A stretch of DNA of 64,000 nt, from positions 1 through 64,000 of the IMG/VR virus record IMGVR_UViG_2897081166_000001. One strand, written 5' to 3'. The notes beneath the pieces are model-generated. The model saw only the letters and a program-made list of their open reading frames with translations, was not told the DNA's origin and ran no database searches. Positions 29,541 to 40,301 of this stretch are shown here, piece by piece; positions within the stretch are counted from its first letter, which is position 1; each line of letters opens with the position of its first letter. The translations under genes were made by a program, and so were the position numbers. Origin of the DNA: a virus (lineage: Duplodnaviria > Caudoviricetes).

Positions 29541-29889
29541 CCTGGCGCTCGCCCCCACCGAGGGGGCCGTCATGGAAGTGCCGGCGGAAGCGTCGGACGT
29601 AGAAGCCCCCACGCCGCCGCCCGTTGTGGACGGTGCGCTCATCCTCCGGTTGGCCGAGGCGATCGAGACGCTGGCCGCCCTGTCGAAGATCCAGGACCCG
29701 GAGCTCAAGGTGCTCACGCCGGCGGAGGCCGGTAGGGCGCTTGGCAAGACGGAGAACTGGGTGAAGGAGGCGATCCAGGACCGTCGGATCCCGTTCACCT
29801 ATGTCGGTAAGTCGCCGCGGCTGTTGCCCCGCCACATTCGGTGGGTGTTGGAGAGCGGCGAGTTGATGCCCCACTCCCAGGCTGCCTGA
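29527..29889 (+). CDS. Excisionase-like HTH protein
   Basis: LTPAEAGRALGKTENWV...IPFTYVGKSPR. Confidence 0.7.
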   Translation: MTRNDLALAPTEGAVMEVPAEASDVEAPTPPPVVDGALILRLAEAIETLAALSKIQDPELKVLTPAEAGRALGKTENWVKEAIQDRRIPFTYVGKSPRLLPRHIRWVLESGELMPHSQAA

Positions 29890-29976
29890 CGGCAGCAAGT
29901 GAGGCCGCCCCGAAACGCCAGCCCCGAGGCGACCTCTGATCCACCCGCAATCCTCCGCGAACAGAGAGGTGGACCG

Positions 29977-32540
29977 ATGTCCATCCAACCATCGACAGCC
30001 CCCGATGACACCACCGACGACTTCTGGGCCAAGGAACGTGCGGCCGACGCCGCGAACCGTGGCCACCAGGCTGACCCGTCCGCGTGCGGTACCTGCCAGG
30101 CCAACGTGAAGGCTGGGAACCAGGTCGAGCACGACGAATGCGCCCAGCGCGCCACGCTCCTGCACGCCCCCGACCACCCCAGCTACGAGCTGCTCGCGGG
30201 CGTCTCCATGGAGGAGAACGCGAAGCTCCCGGCCCGCTTCCACATCCCCGTCTTCGATGACTGCGGCGTGCCGAACGCCTGGCTGTGCGCGGTCTGCCAG
30301 GAGGACGGCGTGGTCAGCAAGTGGCCGTGCGCGGTGGCTGTGGAGCAGGGCACGAAGGTCTTCACGCCGAGCCACGAGGCGGAGACCGAGTCTCGGCGGC
30401 AGGCCGCTCGCATCGTGCAACTGGAGACCGCGCTGGCCGCCGCCGGCCGTTCGCTGTCGTCGTTCATCTTCGACGCGGACGACCCGGGTGTCGATGCGCT
30501 GGGTGCCCAGTGGTTGTACTGGCAGGCGATGCCGCTGGTAGACGACCCGTTCGGGCCGCGCGCGTTCCGCTCCAGTGTCTTCTCCGAGGCGTCGAAGGCG
30601 GCCGAGGCGCTGGACACGGGTGAGCCGGGGGATCGGGAGCGGCCTCAGTCGTACCTCGATGGCTACTCGGATGGCGTCCAGGACGTGGCCGAGCGGCTGG
30701 AGAAGCTGGCCGACCAGGCGGCCGAGGGCGACGAGCCGTCCTCCGCCCCGTCGCAGCGTGAGGCAGGTGCCCTGTGAGCGCCGCCGACTTGTCCCGTGTG
30801 GACGTTCCGCTTGCCGTGCTGATCGCCCGGGTGGACGCGCTGGCCGCCGAGAAGCGGGCCGACATGGCCGCCGGGCTGCTGGCCGAGGACCGCCACCAGT
30901 ACGACCCCACCGACGCCCTGTTCGCGCAGCTGCCGTGCCCGCACCCGGAACTGTGCTCCACCGGAGCCGACTACCCCGGCTTCGACGCCTGGATCACCCA
31001 CCAGCAAACCCTCAACGCAGCCCGGAGGACCCGATGAGCATCACCACCACTGGCCGGTCCGTGTTCAAGGCCGAGTCGCTGGCCGACGCCGTCGAGTACG
31101 CCAAGGGGCAGCTCGCCATCGCGGACAACGTCAACTACGGGGACCCGGGGGCTGTCGCCTACTCGCAGGGCGGTCTCGCCGCAACCCTCCGCCGCGTCCT
31201 GTGGGCGCTCGGCGAAGAGGAGGACTTCCGGGACCGGGCGGCCGAGGTGCCGAACGAGGTCGCCGCCGAGGACGGGGTGCGCAGCATCGGCATCCCCTTC
31301 CAGCGGAAGCAGGTGGCCGCATGAGCACCTACCTCCACGACGGCGTCACCTTCGACCTGACCGTCCCCTACGCCGACGTCACCGGCAGCGAATGGATGTG
31401 GACCGGCAGCTGGGCTGAGGGTGAGCCGCTCATGCGGCAGCGGTCGGACCGGGGCGACTGCCAGACCCCGCTCACCTTCACCGACCTGTACCAGACGCAC
31501 GGCCCGCTCATCCCGATCAGCCCCCGCCCGTCCACCGACCAGTACCGGGCCGCGATCGACCCCGACTACGCGGCCACCGTCGCCGCCGGGTACGTCGACG
31601 GCCGCATCGTCGCCGCTGTTGCCCCGCAGTTGACCCCGCACCACCTGCCGGCCGCCCCGGTGCACTACGGGTGGCGGGCGTTCCTCACCACGATCAAGGG
31701 GGAGCGCCGTGGCTGACCTGATGGTGCAGATCGACGGCGAGACGGTCCCGCTCGCGGACTGCTTCTGGGCGCGCACCAACCGGGTTGGGTGCGCGGTCGG
31801 CTCGGTCCTTCCGGTCTCCGGCGACGACGTGATCGCCACCCCGCAGCAGGCGCAGCGGGAGTGGTCGACGACGAAGCGGCAGCAGGCCGCGGACGACAAG
31901 CACGGCATGCAGCACCTCCTCCTCACCTCGAAGCAGTGGGAGGCGCAGGCCAAGCCGTGCTTCCTCGGCCGCTGCAACCACCGGCTGACCGTCGGATGAG
32001 CTACCTGATCACCGCCACCGTCATCGGCGTTGTGTTCTGCCTGATGGCGGTGGCCCCCAGCCTCTGGACCCGGAAGGGCAAGCCATGAGCCTCACTCTCG
32101 GCATACGCCGCCCCCGCAAGCACCGCGCCGTCGACAAGGTCGGCCGGCTCCTCGAAGAGAACCACCGTCTGCTGACCCAGCTGGTCGGGGCCCGCGACCA
32201 CATCGCCGTCCAGGAGCGGCAGTTGGCCGACGTCCGGGCCAAGCGGGCGGAGGCCGAGCAGGTCGTCGTGTGCCTCGACGCCGACCTGGATGAACGGACC
32301 GGCGAGCTGGAGCAGGCCCAGGCGGAGATCCGCCGGCTGCACGCCCAGCTCGCCCCGTACCTGGCGGCGGACGCCAACGCGAACGCGATCACCGTCCCGC
32401 CGGCCGAGCGGGACACCACGGCGGTCGAGGACCAGGCGACCGCCCCGATCAAGGTCACCACCCTGTGGGCCGCCCACGGCATCGGCCCCGTGGTCCGCAC
32501 CGAGGGCAGCACGGACCCGGCGCACCTACCCGCCGCATGA
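29977..32540 (+). CDS. Run of coupled early hypothetical genes (29977-30777, 30774-31037, 31034-31324, 31321-31716, 31709-31999, 31996-32088, 32085-32540)
   Basis: ATGA/GTGA coupling, RBS motifs, high GC3. Confidence 0.65.
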
Positions 32541-32648
32541 GCCCACCGGGCGGGCGGTGACCACACCACCCTCCCGCCCGGTGCACCAGAACACCCCGCG
32601 AGGAGAAGTCGCGGGGCGTCCACCACCAGCATCCCAGAGAAGGACGCC

Positions 32649-33704
32649 ATGACCCAGACCGTCACCATCAACGCCCACCAGCTCGGCCGCCTCATCGACA
32701 AGGTCCGCTCCCACGTCGGCAACGAGTACACCGAGATCCTGCACGGCATCCGCTTCGACGCCGACGCCACTCACCTGCACGCGGTCGCCTCCGACCGGTT
32801 CACCGTTGCCGCGGCCCGCTACCGGCTCAACACCGACCAGCAGGCCCAGGAGCCTTGGGCGCGCACGATCCCCGCTGACTGGCTGAAGCCCCTTCGCGAG
32901 TGGGCCAGCGCCCACGGTGGCGGCGACACCATCACGATCAGCCTCGCGCCCGGGTTCGTCGGCTTCGCGACGGAGCACACCAACATGCGCATCCCGGTCA
33001 CGGACGACCAGGAGTTCCCGAACTGGCGGTCCCTGCTGACCGGTATCGCCGCCAACATCCCCGCGAAGTTCGCGTTCCCGGCCGTTGACTCCCGGATGCT
33101 GGCCCGCTGGGCTGACACCGATGACGTCCTTCGCGTCCACATCACCACCGACCTGACAGCTCTGATGGTGTTCGGCGAAGACTTCGTCGGCGCTCAGATG
33201 CCGAAGCGATACAACGGTGTCAGCCCTTCCGGCGAGTCGACGTTTGAGGACGCTCTCGCTCAGTGGCCGACGCTCGATGGCAACCCCGAGGCGCTCGCCG
33301 ATCTGGCGACGGGAATGCCCGCCGAGAACGCGCCCCACTGGGAGGCGACCTCCAGCATCTCCGACATGGTGGAGAGCCTCCTCCAGCAGACGTTGCGTTC
33401 CATGAGTGACCTCATGGGCGCGCCGAGCGATGATCCGGGAGCGGTCGCGTCCTACGCCACGGCCGGGGTGAACGCCTGGTCCGCCTACCGGTTCCTGGCC
33501 GCCCTGCACCAGGCCGACCCGCGGCTTGCCGCCCAGACCGTCGCGACGCTGGCTGAGGAGCTCAACGCGGGCGACTTCAGCGAGATGGCGTGGGAGATCG
33601 CCGAGAAGGCCGGCCACGACCCGCAGAAGTGGTCTGACAACTACGAGGCCCACCTCAAGCAGCTCGCTGAGAAGCGGGCCGCCGAGGCCGCACAGACCAC
33701 CTGA
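32649..33704 (+). CDS. DNA polymerase III beta-clamp-like protein
   Basis: ILHGIRF...LHAVASDRFTVA...EFPNWRSLL resembles the DnaN central domain. Confidence 0.6.
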   Translation: MTQTVTINAHQLGRLIDKVRSHVGNEYTEILHGIRFDADATHLHAVASDRFTVAAARYRLNTDQQAQEPWARTIPADWLKPLREWASAHGGGDTITISLAPGFVGFATEHTNMRIPVTDDQEFPNWRSLLTGIAANIPAKFAFPAVDSRMLARWADTDDVLRVHITTDLTALMVFGEDFVGAQMPKRYNGVSPSGESTFEDALAQWPTLDGNPEALADLATGMPAENAPHWEATSSISDMVESLLQQTLRSMSDLMGAPSDDPGAVASYATAGVNAWSAYRFLAALHQADPRLAAQTVATLAEELNAGDFSEMAWEIAEKAGHDPQKWSDNYEAHLKQLAEKRAAEAAQTT

Positions 33705-33902
33705 CCAGCAGACGTTCGAGCCCTCCGCTCCGCCTGCCCGCTGCGGGCCGCCAACCCCCCTGGCGGCCCGCAGCAACCCCGAACTGGAGAACCACATGAG
33801 CCCCATCGAATGCGCCCGCTGCCAGGGCACCGCAGGCCCGTTCGCCAAGCGCCCCGAAGGCCCCGTCTGCGAAGACTGCCTCAACGAACAGGACAACCAG
33901 CG

Positions 33903-34772
33903 ATGACCACCACCCTCGAACCCCCGGTCACCGCACCCGTCGTCATCGACGACATGTCCGCCGAGGCGTACCACGCCGACCGGAACAGCATCTCGTCCAC
34001 TGGCCTCCGGAAGATCCTCGCCCCCGGGTGCCCCGCCCAGCTCCGCTACGACCTCGACCACCCGCAGGCCCCGAAGAAGGAGTTCGACCTCGGCCACGCC
34101 GCACACCTCATGGTGCTCGGGGAAGGCCCGGAGCTCGACGTCCTGGACTTCGACAACTACCTCACCAAGGCCGCCAAGACGGCCCGCGACGAAGCCCGCC
34201 ACATGGGGGCCGTCCCGCTCCTGCGCCACGAGTACGAGCAGATCGAAGCCATGGCCGCGGCGATCCGCCAGCACCCGCTCGCCGGCCCGCTGTTCACCCC
34301 CGGGACGGGCGTCGCCGAACAGTCGATCTTCTGGACCGACCCGGCGACCGGTGTCCGCTGCCGGATCCGCCCCGACTGGCTGAAGCAACTCCCCGGCCTG
34401 ACCCTGTGCGTCGACTACAAGACGATCAAGTCGGCCGACCCGGACACCGTCTCCAAGGCCATCCGGGACCACGCCTACCACCAGCAGGACGCCCTCTACA
34501 CCGACGGCATCTGGGCCGCACTCGCCCCGCAGGACGTCCGCTTCGTCTTCGTCTTCCAGTCCAAGACCGCCCCGTACCTGATCACGGTGCGCGAACTCGC
34601 CGACCAAGACCGGGACATCGGCAGGGCCCGCAACGAACGCGCCCTCCGCACCTACGCCGACTGCATGGCCACCGGCGTGTGGCCCGACTGGACCGGGCCC
34701 GTCACCGACATCCCCACCATCTCGATGCCCACCTGGGCGGTCCTTAACGAAACCGAGGAGTACCTCCGATGA
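33903..34772 (+). CDS. RecE-like PD-(D/E)XK exonuclease
   Basis: YHAD..SISSTGL, GHAAH, EQSIFW, RPDWL, VDYKT, YHQQ. Confidence 0.88.
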   Translation: MTTTLEPPVTAPVVIDDMSAEAYHADRNSISSTGLRKILAPGCPAQLRYDLDHPQAPKKEFDLGHAAHLMVLGEGPELDVLDFDNYLTKAAKTARDEARHMGAVPLLRHEYEQIEAMAAAIRQHPLAGPLFTPGTGVAEQSIFWTDPATGVRCRIRPDWLKQLPGLTLCVDYKTIKSADPDTVSKAIRDHAYHQQDALYTDGIWAALAPQDVRFVFVFQSKTAPYLITVRELADQDRDIGRARNERALRTYADCMATGVWPDWTGPVTDIPTISMPTWAVLNETEEYLR

Positions 34773-35530
34773 CCAACGAACTCGCCACCCGCGACGAGCA
34801 GAACGCCGTCGCCACACCGCAGCCCACCAACGAGCTCATGAACTGGGTCGAGTCCGCCCGCCAGGCCAACCTCGTCGCCCAGTCCCTCGCCGGAACCAGC
34901 TTCGCCGGCGCCTACCGCGGCAAGCCCGACGAGATCACCGCCGCGATCCTCACCGGCCAGGAACTCGGCCTCCAGCCCATGACCGCCCTGAAGTCCATCG
35001 ACGTCATCCAGGGACAGCCCGCCCTCCGCGCCCACGCCATGCGCGCCATCGTCCAGCGGCAGGGCCACGACATCGAGCTCGTCGAGTCCGACGACACCCA
35101 CTGCATCATGCGCGGCCGGCGTAAGGGCGCTGAGAACTGGCAGTCCGTGACCTGGGACATTCCGCGAGTGCAGCGGATGGGGCTCCTCGGCAAGGACCAG
35201 TGGAAGAAGCAGCCGAAGACGATGCTCGTCGCCCGCGCCACCGGGGAACTGTGCCGTCTGATCGCGTCGGACGCCCTTCACGGGTTGCCGTATGCGGCCG
35301 AGGAAGTCGACGGCTACGTCCACGGCGAAGTCGCCCCGGCCAAGGCGCCGCTCAGTGTCGCCGCCCTCACCTCGGCCCCGGCCCCCGCGCCCGAGCCGGC
35401 CCCGACCGCCGAGGAAACCCACCAGATCACCCGGGACGACCAGCCCCCGGCTGACGGGATCTGGGACACGGAGGCCGCCGAGGACTCCGTCGACTGGCCC
35501 GACGTTGCCCAGCCCGGCTCCGCCGCCTAG
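34769..35530 (+). CDS. RecT-like single-strand annealing protein
   Basis: AILTGQELGLQPM..L.SI.VI.G.P; WKKQPKTML.ARA; follows RecE. Confidence 0.75.
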   Translation: MTNELATRDEQNAVATPQPTNELMNWVESARQANLVAQSLAGTSFAGAYRGKPDEITAAILTGQELGLQPMTALKSIDVIQGQPALRAHAMRAIVQRQGHDIELVESDDTHCIMRGRRKGAENWQSVTWDIPRVQRMGLLGKDQWKKQPKTMLVARATGELCRLIASDALHGLPYAAEEVDGYVHGEVAPAKAPLSVAALTSAPAPAPEPAPTAEETHQITRDDQPPADGIWDTEAAEDSVDWPDVAQPGSAA

Positions 35531-35600
35531 CTCACCCGCTCACCGGGGTCCCGCCCGCCGCTAACAGGCGGGACCCCGGCATCACAAGGAGACCACGAAC

Positions 35601-36311
35601 ATGACCGTCAACCACAGGGCCGAGGCCGAGAAGCACCTCGCCAACGCTGCCCGCCACCTCACCGAGCACCCCGGCGACATGCGGATCGCCGAAGTGGCCG
35701 CCGCCATCGGCCAGGGACACGCCGCACTCGCCGGGAGCCAGGACCCGGTCCGAGAGCAGCTCGCCACCCTCCTCGAACGGTGGGAGGAAGTCGCCGACAG
35801 CTACAAGCCCAGCGAGAGCGGGCACGACGACCTGGAGGAGCGGTACCGCAACTACCGGTACGTGCAGCTCCGCGCAATCCGCAACCTGCGGCAGGTACTC
35901 GACACGGGCACGATGCCGTGCGAGCTGGCCACCGACGAGGAGAAGCGTCGCGGCGACTGCGGGCAGGCCCACGCCGCCGGGGAGTTCACCGAGCGCGACC
36001 CGTGGGCGACTTCGAACCCGGAAGGCGGCACGACCGCCCGCCGCACGCAGGCACTCAAGGCTGATCAGTCGGCGTGGCTGATGCTCGGCCGCGCCATCCG
36101 CAGGGAGCGCGAGGCCCAGCAGCTGAGCCGCCGCGCACTCTCCGAGCGTGCAGAGGTCTCCGAGAAGGCGATCCAGACCGCCGAGGAAGGCCGTGTCCCG
36201 GCGAGCCGCTGGCCGCAGTCCCTGAACCGCATCACGAACGCCCTCCGCATGGGGACGGGAGCTGCCGAGGACATCGTCCTCAGCTCCCTCCCGGAGAACC
36301 CCCCGTTCTAG
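35601..36311 (+). CDS. Protein with C-terminal XRE HTH
   Basis: LSRRALSERAEVSEKAIQTAEEG. Confidence 0.65.
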   Translation: MTVNHRAEAEKHLANAARHLTEHPGDMRIAEVAAAIGQGHAALAGSQDPVREQLATLLERWEEVADSYKPSESGHDDLEERYRNYRYVQLRAIRNLRQVLDTGTMPCELATDEEKRRGDCGQAHAAGEFTERDPWATSNPEGGTTARRTQALKADQSAWLMLGRAIRREREAQQLSRRALSERAEVSEKAIQTAEEGRVPASRWPQSLNRITNALRMGTGAAEDIVLSSLPENPPF

Positions 36312-36381
36312 CCCACCCGCACTTCGGGGCAGCCCCGTACCCGACATACGGGGCTGCCCCACCCGAACAGGAGACCACGCC

Positions 36382-36777
36382 ATGCGAGCACTGACCATCA
36401 GACAGCCCTGGGCCGGGGCGATCGTCCACCAGACGAAGCGCGTCGAGAACCGCACCTGGAAACTTCCCGCCGCCCACCACGGGGCCCGCATCCTCATCCA
36501 CGCCGGAGCCCAGCCCGACAAGACCGCCGAGGTGAACGGCCCGAACCTCGACGTGTACTCCGCGATCATCGGCGTCGCCACGATCACCGGCTGCCACTGG
36601 TCCAGCGAATGGCAGTGCTGCGGCTACTGGGCATTCGAGAACACCTACCACTGGACCCTCAGCGACGTCATCGCGCTCCCCGAGCCGGTCCCCGCGAAGG
36701 GCGCCCTCGGGTTCTGGACGCCCAGCGACGACATCGTCAACGCCGCCCTCCGGCAGGACACGGCGGTGGCCCGGTGA
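36382..36777 (+). CDS. ASCH-domain protein
   Basis: ALTIRQPWA..I...KRVENRTW; KGALGFW. Confidence 0.85.
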   Translation: MRALTIRQPWAGAIVHQTKRVENRTWKLPAAHHGARILIHAGAQPDKTAEVNGPNLDVYSAIIGVATITGCHWSSEWQCCGYWAFENTYHWTLSDVIALPEPVPAKGALGFWTPSDDIVNAALRQDTAVAR

Positions 36778-37478
36778 CCTGGCACCTCGGCCGCCTGGCC
36801 GGCTTCGATATCGAGTCGACGGGCACCAACCCCGAAACCGCCCGCATCGTCACCGCCTGCATCGTCCAACTCGGTGGCCAGCAGCCCACCGTGGCCGCGA
36901 ACTGGCTGACCGACGTCGACGGCGAAGAGATCCCCGAGCAGGCCGCCGCGGTCCACGGCATCGCCACCGACAAGGCCCGCACCGAGGGCGCCCCGCTGAA
37001 GGAAGCCGTCGCGGAAATCCTCGCCGGACTGACCCAAGTCATCCTCGCCGGGATCCCGGTCGTGGCCATGAACGCCCGCTACGACATCACCCTCCTCGAC
37101 CGAGAAGCCCACCGGTTCGGCCTCGACCCGCTGCCCGCCGGCCCGGTCATCGACCCGTTCGTCATCGACAAGCAGGTCGACCGGTACCGGCCGGGGAAGC
37201 GCACTCTGACCGCGCTGTGCGAGCACTACGAGGTGCGCCTCGACGGTGCGCACAGTGCGGACGCGGACGCGGTCGCCGCGTGCCGGGTTGCTTGGCGGCA
37301 GGCCACCCGGTACCCGCAGCTCGCCGCCATGACCCTCGACGAGCTTCACACCGCACAGGTCGCGTGGGCCGCCGAGCAGGCCGCGAGCCTCCAGGAGTAC
37401 TTCCGGAAGAAGGACCCGGCCGTCGTCGTCGAAGGCGCCTGGCCGCTCATCCCCAGGCAGAGGGGGACGAACTCATGA
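36774..37478 (+). CDS. DEDDh 3'-5' exonuclease (DnaQ-like)
   Basis: FDIESTG, NARYD, AHSADAD. Confidence 0.9.
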   Translation: MTWHLGRLAGFDIESTGTNPETARIVTACIVQLGGQQPTVAANWLTDVDGEEIPEQAAAVHGIATDKARTEGAPLKEAVAEILAGLTQVILAGIPVVAMNARYDITLLDREAHRFGLDPLPAGPVIDPFVIDKQVDRYRPGKRTLTALCEHYEVRLDGAHSADADAVAACRVAWRQATRYPQLAAMTLDELHTAQVAWAAEQAASLQEYFRKKDPAVVVEGAWPLIPRQRGTNS

Positions 37479-39511
37479 CCGCGATCGAGTCGACGCTCCT
37501 CGTCTGGTACTGCCAGTCGTGCAAGAAGTCCTGCAAGACGCAGCCCCGCTCCGAGACCGCTTGCAAGTGCACCAACCCGGTCCGCGGCATGCGACCAACC
37601 CGGATCACGCAGGTTCACACCCCGAAGCCGCGCCCGCTCCACGCGCTCTCCGACGAAGAGGCCCGCCTCCGGAACCTCGCCCGAAAGAAGCAACGGGTCC
37701 GCGTCACCTACGAAGCCGAGGTGTCCGAAGCCTGGCTCTCCACCGGCATGAACGGGGTCAAGCACATCCACTTCGTGGTCACCACCGCCGACGGACGACG
37801 CCACATCGTCAACCCCGAACTGCCCGGCGTACACGTCGAGGCAGCACCTCCCGACGCTGAAGGGAACGCCTCATGACCTCTACCGTGCAGCCTGCCCTCG
37901 ACGGCACCGTTCCGCCCGAGTCCGCCGACTACGAGACGTGGCTGGCCGTCGTCTGGCCCGTCTTCATAGCCGCCGCGGCAACCGGCCGCACCTTCACCTG
38001 CTACTCGGTGGCCGACGCCGCGAAGCTCCCCAACCCGCCCAGCCCGCAGGCGCACTGGGGACGCCTCATGACCCTCCTCCGCGACGAGGGCTACATCCGC
38101 ACCGCCGGATGGGCCTGCTCCGACCGGCCCACCACCCACCACAGCGGAGTCCGCACCTGGAAGGGCACCGCCGCAGCACGACGGGAGGCAGCCGCATGAG
38201 CGACCTCGACACCCTCCTCGCCGCCGGCCAAGCGCTCGCCGCGGTCCACACGGCTGTCGGCCAGGCCATCACCGCCGCCCTCTACTACGGGCCGGGCGTC
38301 CTCGTCACCGCCGCGGCCGTCGCCGCCTGGCGCACCGGGCAGTGGACGGTCCGCCGCCACGACCAGTGGCTCCACGACCGGGCCGACCGGCGCGCGTACA
38401 CCGCCCGCGCGTTCCGGCTCTGCCGCGTCGCCGACAGTGCCGACGCCGTCATGGCCATCCCCGCCGACGACCTCAACCGCTACCTCGACAACAAGCTCGC
38501 AGCCACCCCAGACCTCGCCCCGGAGGAGGGCCGATGACCACCGCAACCCGCCGCAGCCGCCCCCTCGCCCCTCACGGCACCTACTCCCGAGCCAACGGCC
38601 AGCACGGCATCCGACCGCCCTGCCCTTGCGAGCCCTGCCGCACCACCCGAAACCGAGTGAAGAAGCAACAGCGACTCAACCGGCACCGCGGCATTCCGCC
38701 GCTCGTCGACGCCGCGCCCGCAGCGAAGCGCCTCCACGAACTCCACGAGAAGTCCGGGTGGGACGACATCGCCCGCGCGGCAGGAACGTCCGGCGCTCAC
38801 CTCCGCCAGATCGCCTTCGGCCGGCTCCCGCAGATCTCCCCGAAGACCCAAGCGAAGATCATGGCGATTCGCCCGGCCACAACCGGCGGACAGTACATCG
38901 ACTCCACCGGCACAGTCCGCCGCGTGCGGGCGCTCATCGCCCTCGGCTACACCCTCATCGAGATCGCCGAAGCGGCCACCGTGGCCGTGGCCCGCGTCCA
39001 GACCCTCGCGGCCGGCTACCCCTCGCTCCGCCGGACCGTCGCGAACCGGATCGCGAACGCCTACCGGGAACTGTCGGAGACGCCGGGCACCAACACCAGG
39101 GCGAAGAACCGAGCCATCGCCAACAGGTGGGCGCCGCCCGCAGCCTGGGACGACGACACCATCGACGACCCCGCGGCCATCCCTGACTGGACCGGGCACT
39201 GCGGGACCGACCGCGGGTGGTGGACCCACCGGCAGCAGAACATCCCCATGTGCGACGCGTGCGACCAGGCGCACACCCAGTGGAAGCACGACCACCAGCA
39301 CCTGCCCCGCACCGAGCTCATGGCCAGCCTCAACGCCTCCCGGGCCGCCGCATCGCAGCGCGGTGAAGCCATCGCCCACGACGGGCGCGAACTGCTCGCC
39401 CAGGGCCACACCCCGGAGCAGGCGGCGGCCCGGCTCGGCATCAGCGCCGACTACCTCCACCAAGAACTCCGCCGCCACCCCCTCGACGAGCGGCAGGAAA
39501 TGGCGGCATGA
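37475..39511 (+). CDS. Coupled hypothetical genes (37475-37876, 37873-38199, 38196-38537, 38534-39511; the last a multi-HTH/Cys protein)
   Basis: ATGA coupling; HGT..., CEPC, WAPPAAWDD motifs in the last ORF. Confidence 0.65.
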
Positions 39512-39735
39512 GCGACCTCGACACGTCATGGCACGAAGAAGGCATCTGCGCCACCACGGATCCGGAGCTGTTCTTCCCGGAGTCCGGGGCACCCCTGGCC
39601 GCCATCAAGGTCTGCCTCGGCTGCCCGGTCCGGCGCCGCTGCCTGGAGCACGCGCTCACCGCACCCGAAGACCACGGCATCTGGGGCGGCACCACCCGCA
39701 ACCAGCGCCGACGCATGAACCAGCAGGCGGCATGA
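39508..39735 (+). CDS. WhiB-family transcription factor
   Basis: C..TDPELFFP, C..CPV...C, GIWGG. Confidence 0.92.
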   Translation: MSDLDTSWHEEGICATTDPELFFPESGAPLAAIKVCLGCPVRRRCLEHALTAPEDHGIWGGTTRNQRRRMNQQAA

Positions 39736-39815
39736 CAAGGGCGGGCCACCACACGTGGCCCGCCCACACGCACAACAACCCCGCCACGGCGGGGGAGGGA
39801 GGAGAGGACGTGACG

Positions 39816-40079
39816 TCAGTCCGAGTCGGGGCCGAGCTTGTCGAGCCGGCGCTGAGCGGCGCTCTTACGGGTCTTCGAAGCGTCCGGGGCGATCTTCGAA
39901 ACCCACTCCCGGGTGAAGCCGGTCAGCTTCGCCATCTCGGACGGGCCCAGACCAGCCGCTCGCCCCTTCACCAGCAGCTCTTTGAGCTCCAGGTCGGCGC
40001 GCAGGAACACCCGCTCGGCCTCCGTGCGCCGGCGGGCTGCGTTCTGAATCTCCGTGTCGAGGGCGTCCATGTCGCTCAT
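39816..40079 (-). CDS. Small coiled-coil plus HTH regulator (paralog A)
   Basis: GRAAGLGPSEMAKLTGFTREWVSKI. Confidence 0.75.
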   Translation of the reverse strand: MSDMDALDTEIQNAARRRTEAERVFLRADLELKELLVKGRAAGLGPSEMAKLTGFTREWVSKIAPDASKTRKSAAQRRLDKLGPDSD

Positions 40080-40301
40080 GGTGACACACCGCAACGCGAA
40101 CGCGCTACGTGGCCGCGCCTTGTGGTCGCGAACTGTGAACGCTATTCTCATTCTCGTGGCCGTGATTCTGGCATCTCAATTACGCCCCCAAATAGCGCTC
40201 CTGCGCGGCTAATTGCCGACGCCTCAATGCCTACACGCAATGCCGAGCGGGATCCCGAGCCGCACACCACCCGAATACCTCTTCACCTGGGAAGGGCTCT
40301 G

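Noticed and set aside
32526-34817. Long antisense and off-frame ORFs (e.g. 32526-34817, 5552-7312, 43765-45435, 798-2498)
   Set aside because: These are shadow ORFs expected in high-GC DNA, overlapping genes with clear motifs.
39363-40301. 313-aa N-terminal extension of methyltransferase 1
   Set aside because: It overlaps WhiB and the antisense HTH gene; motif I and an RBS support a start at 40302.
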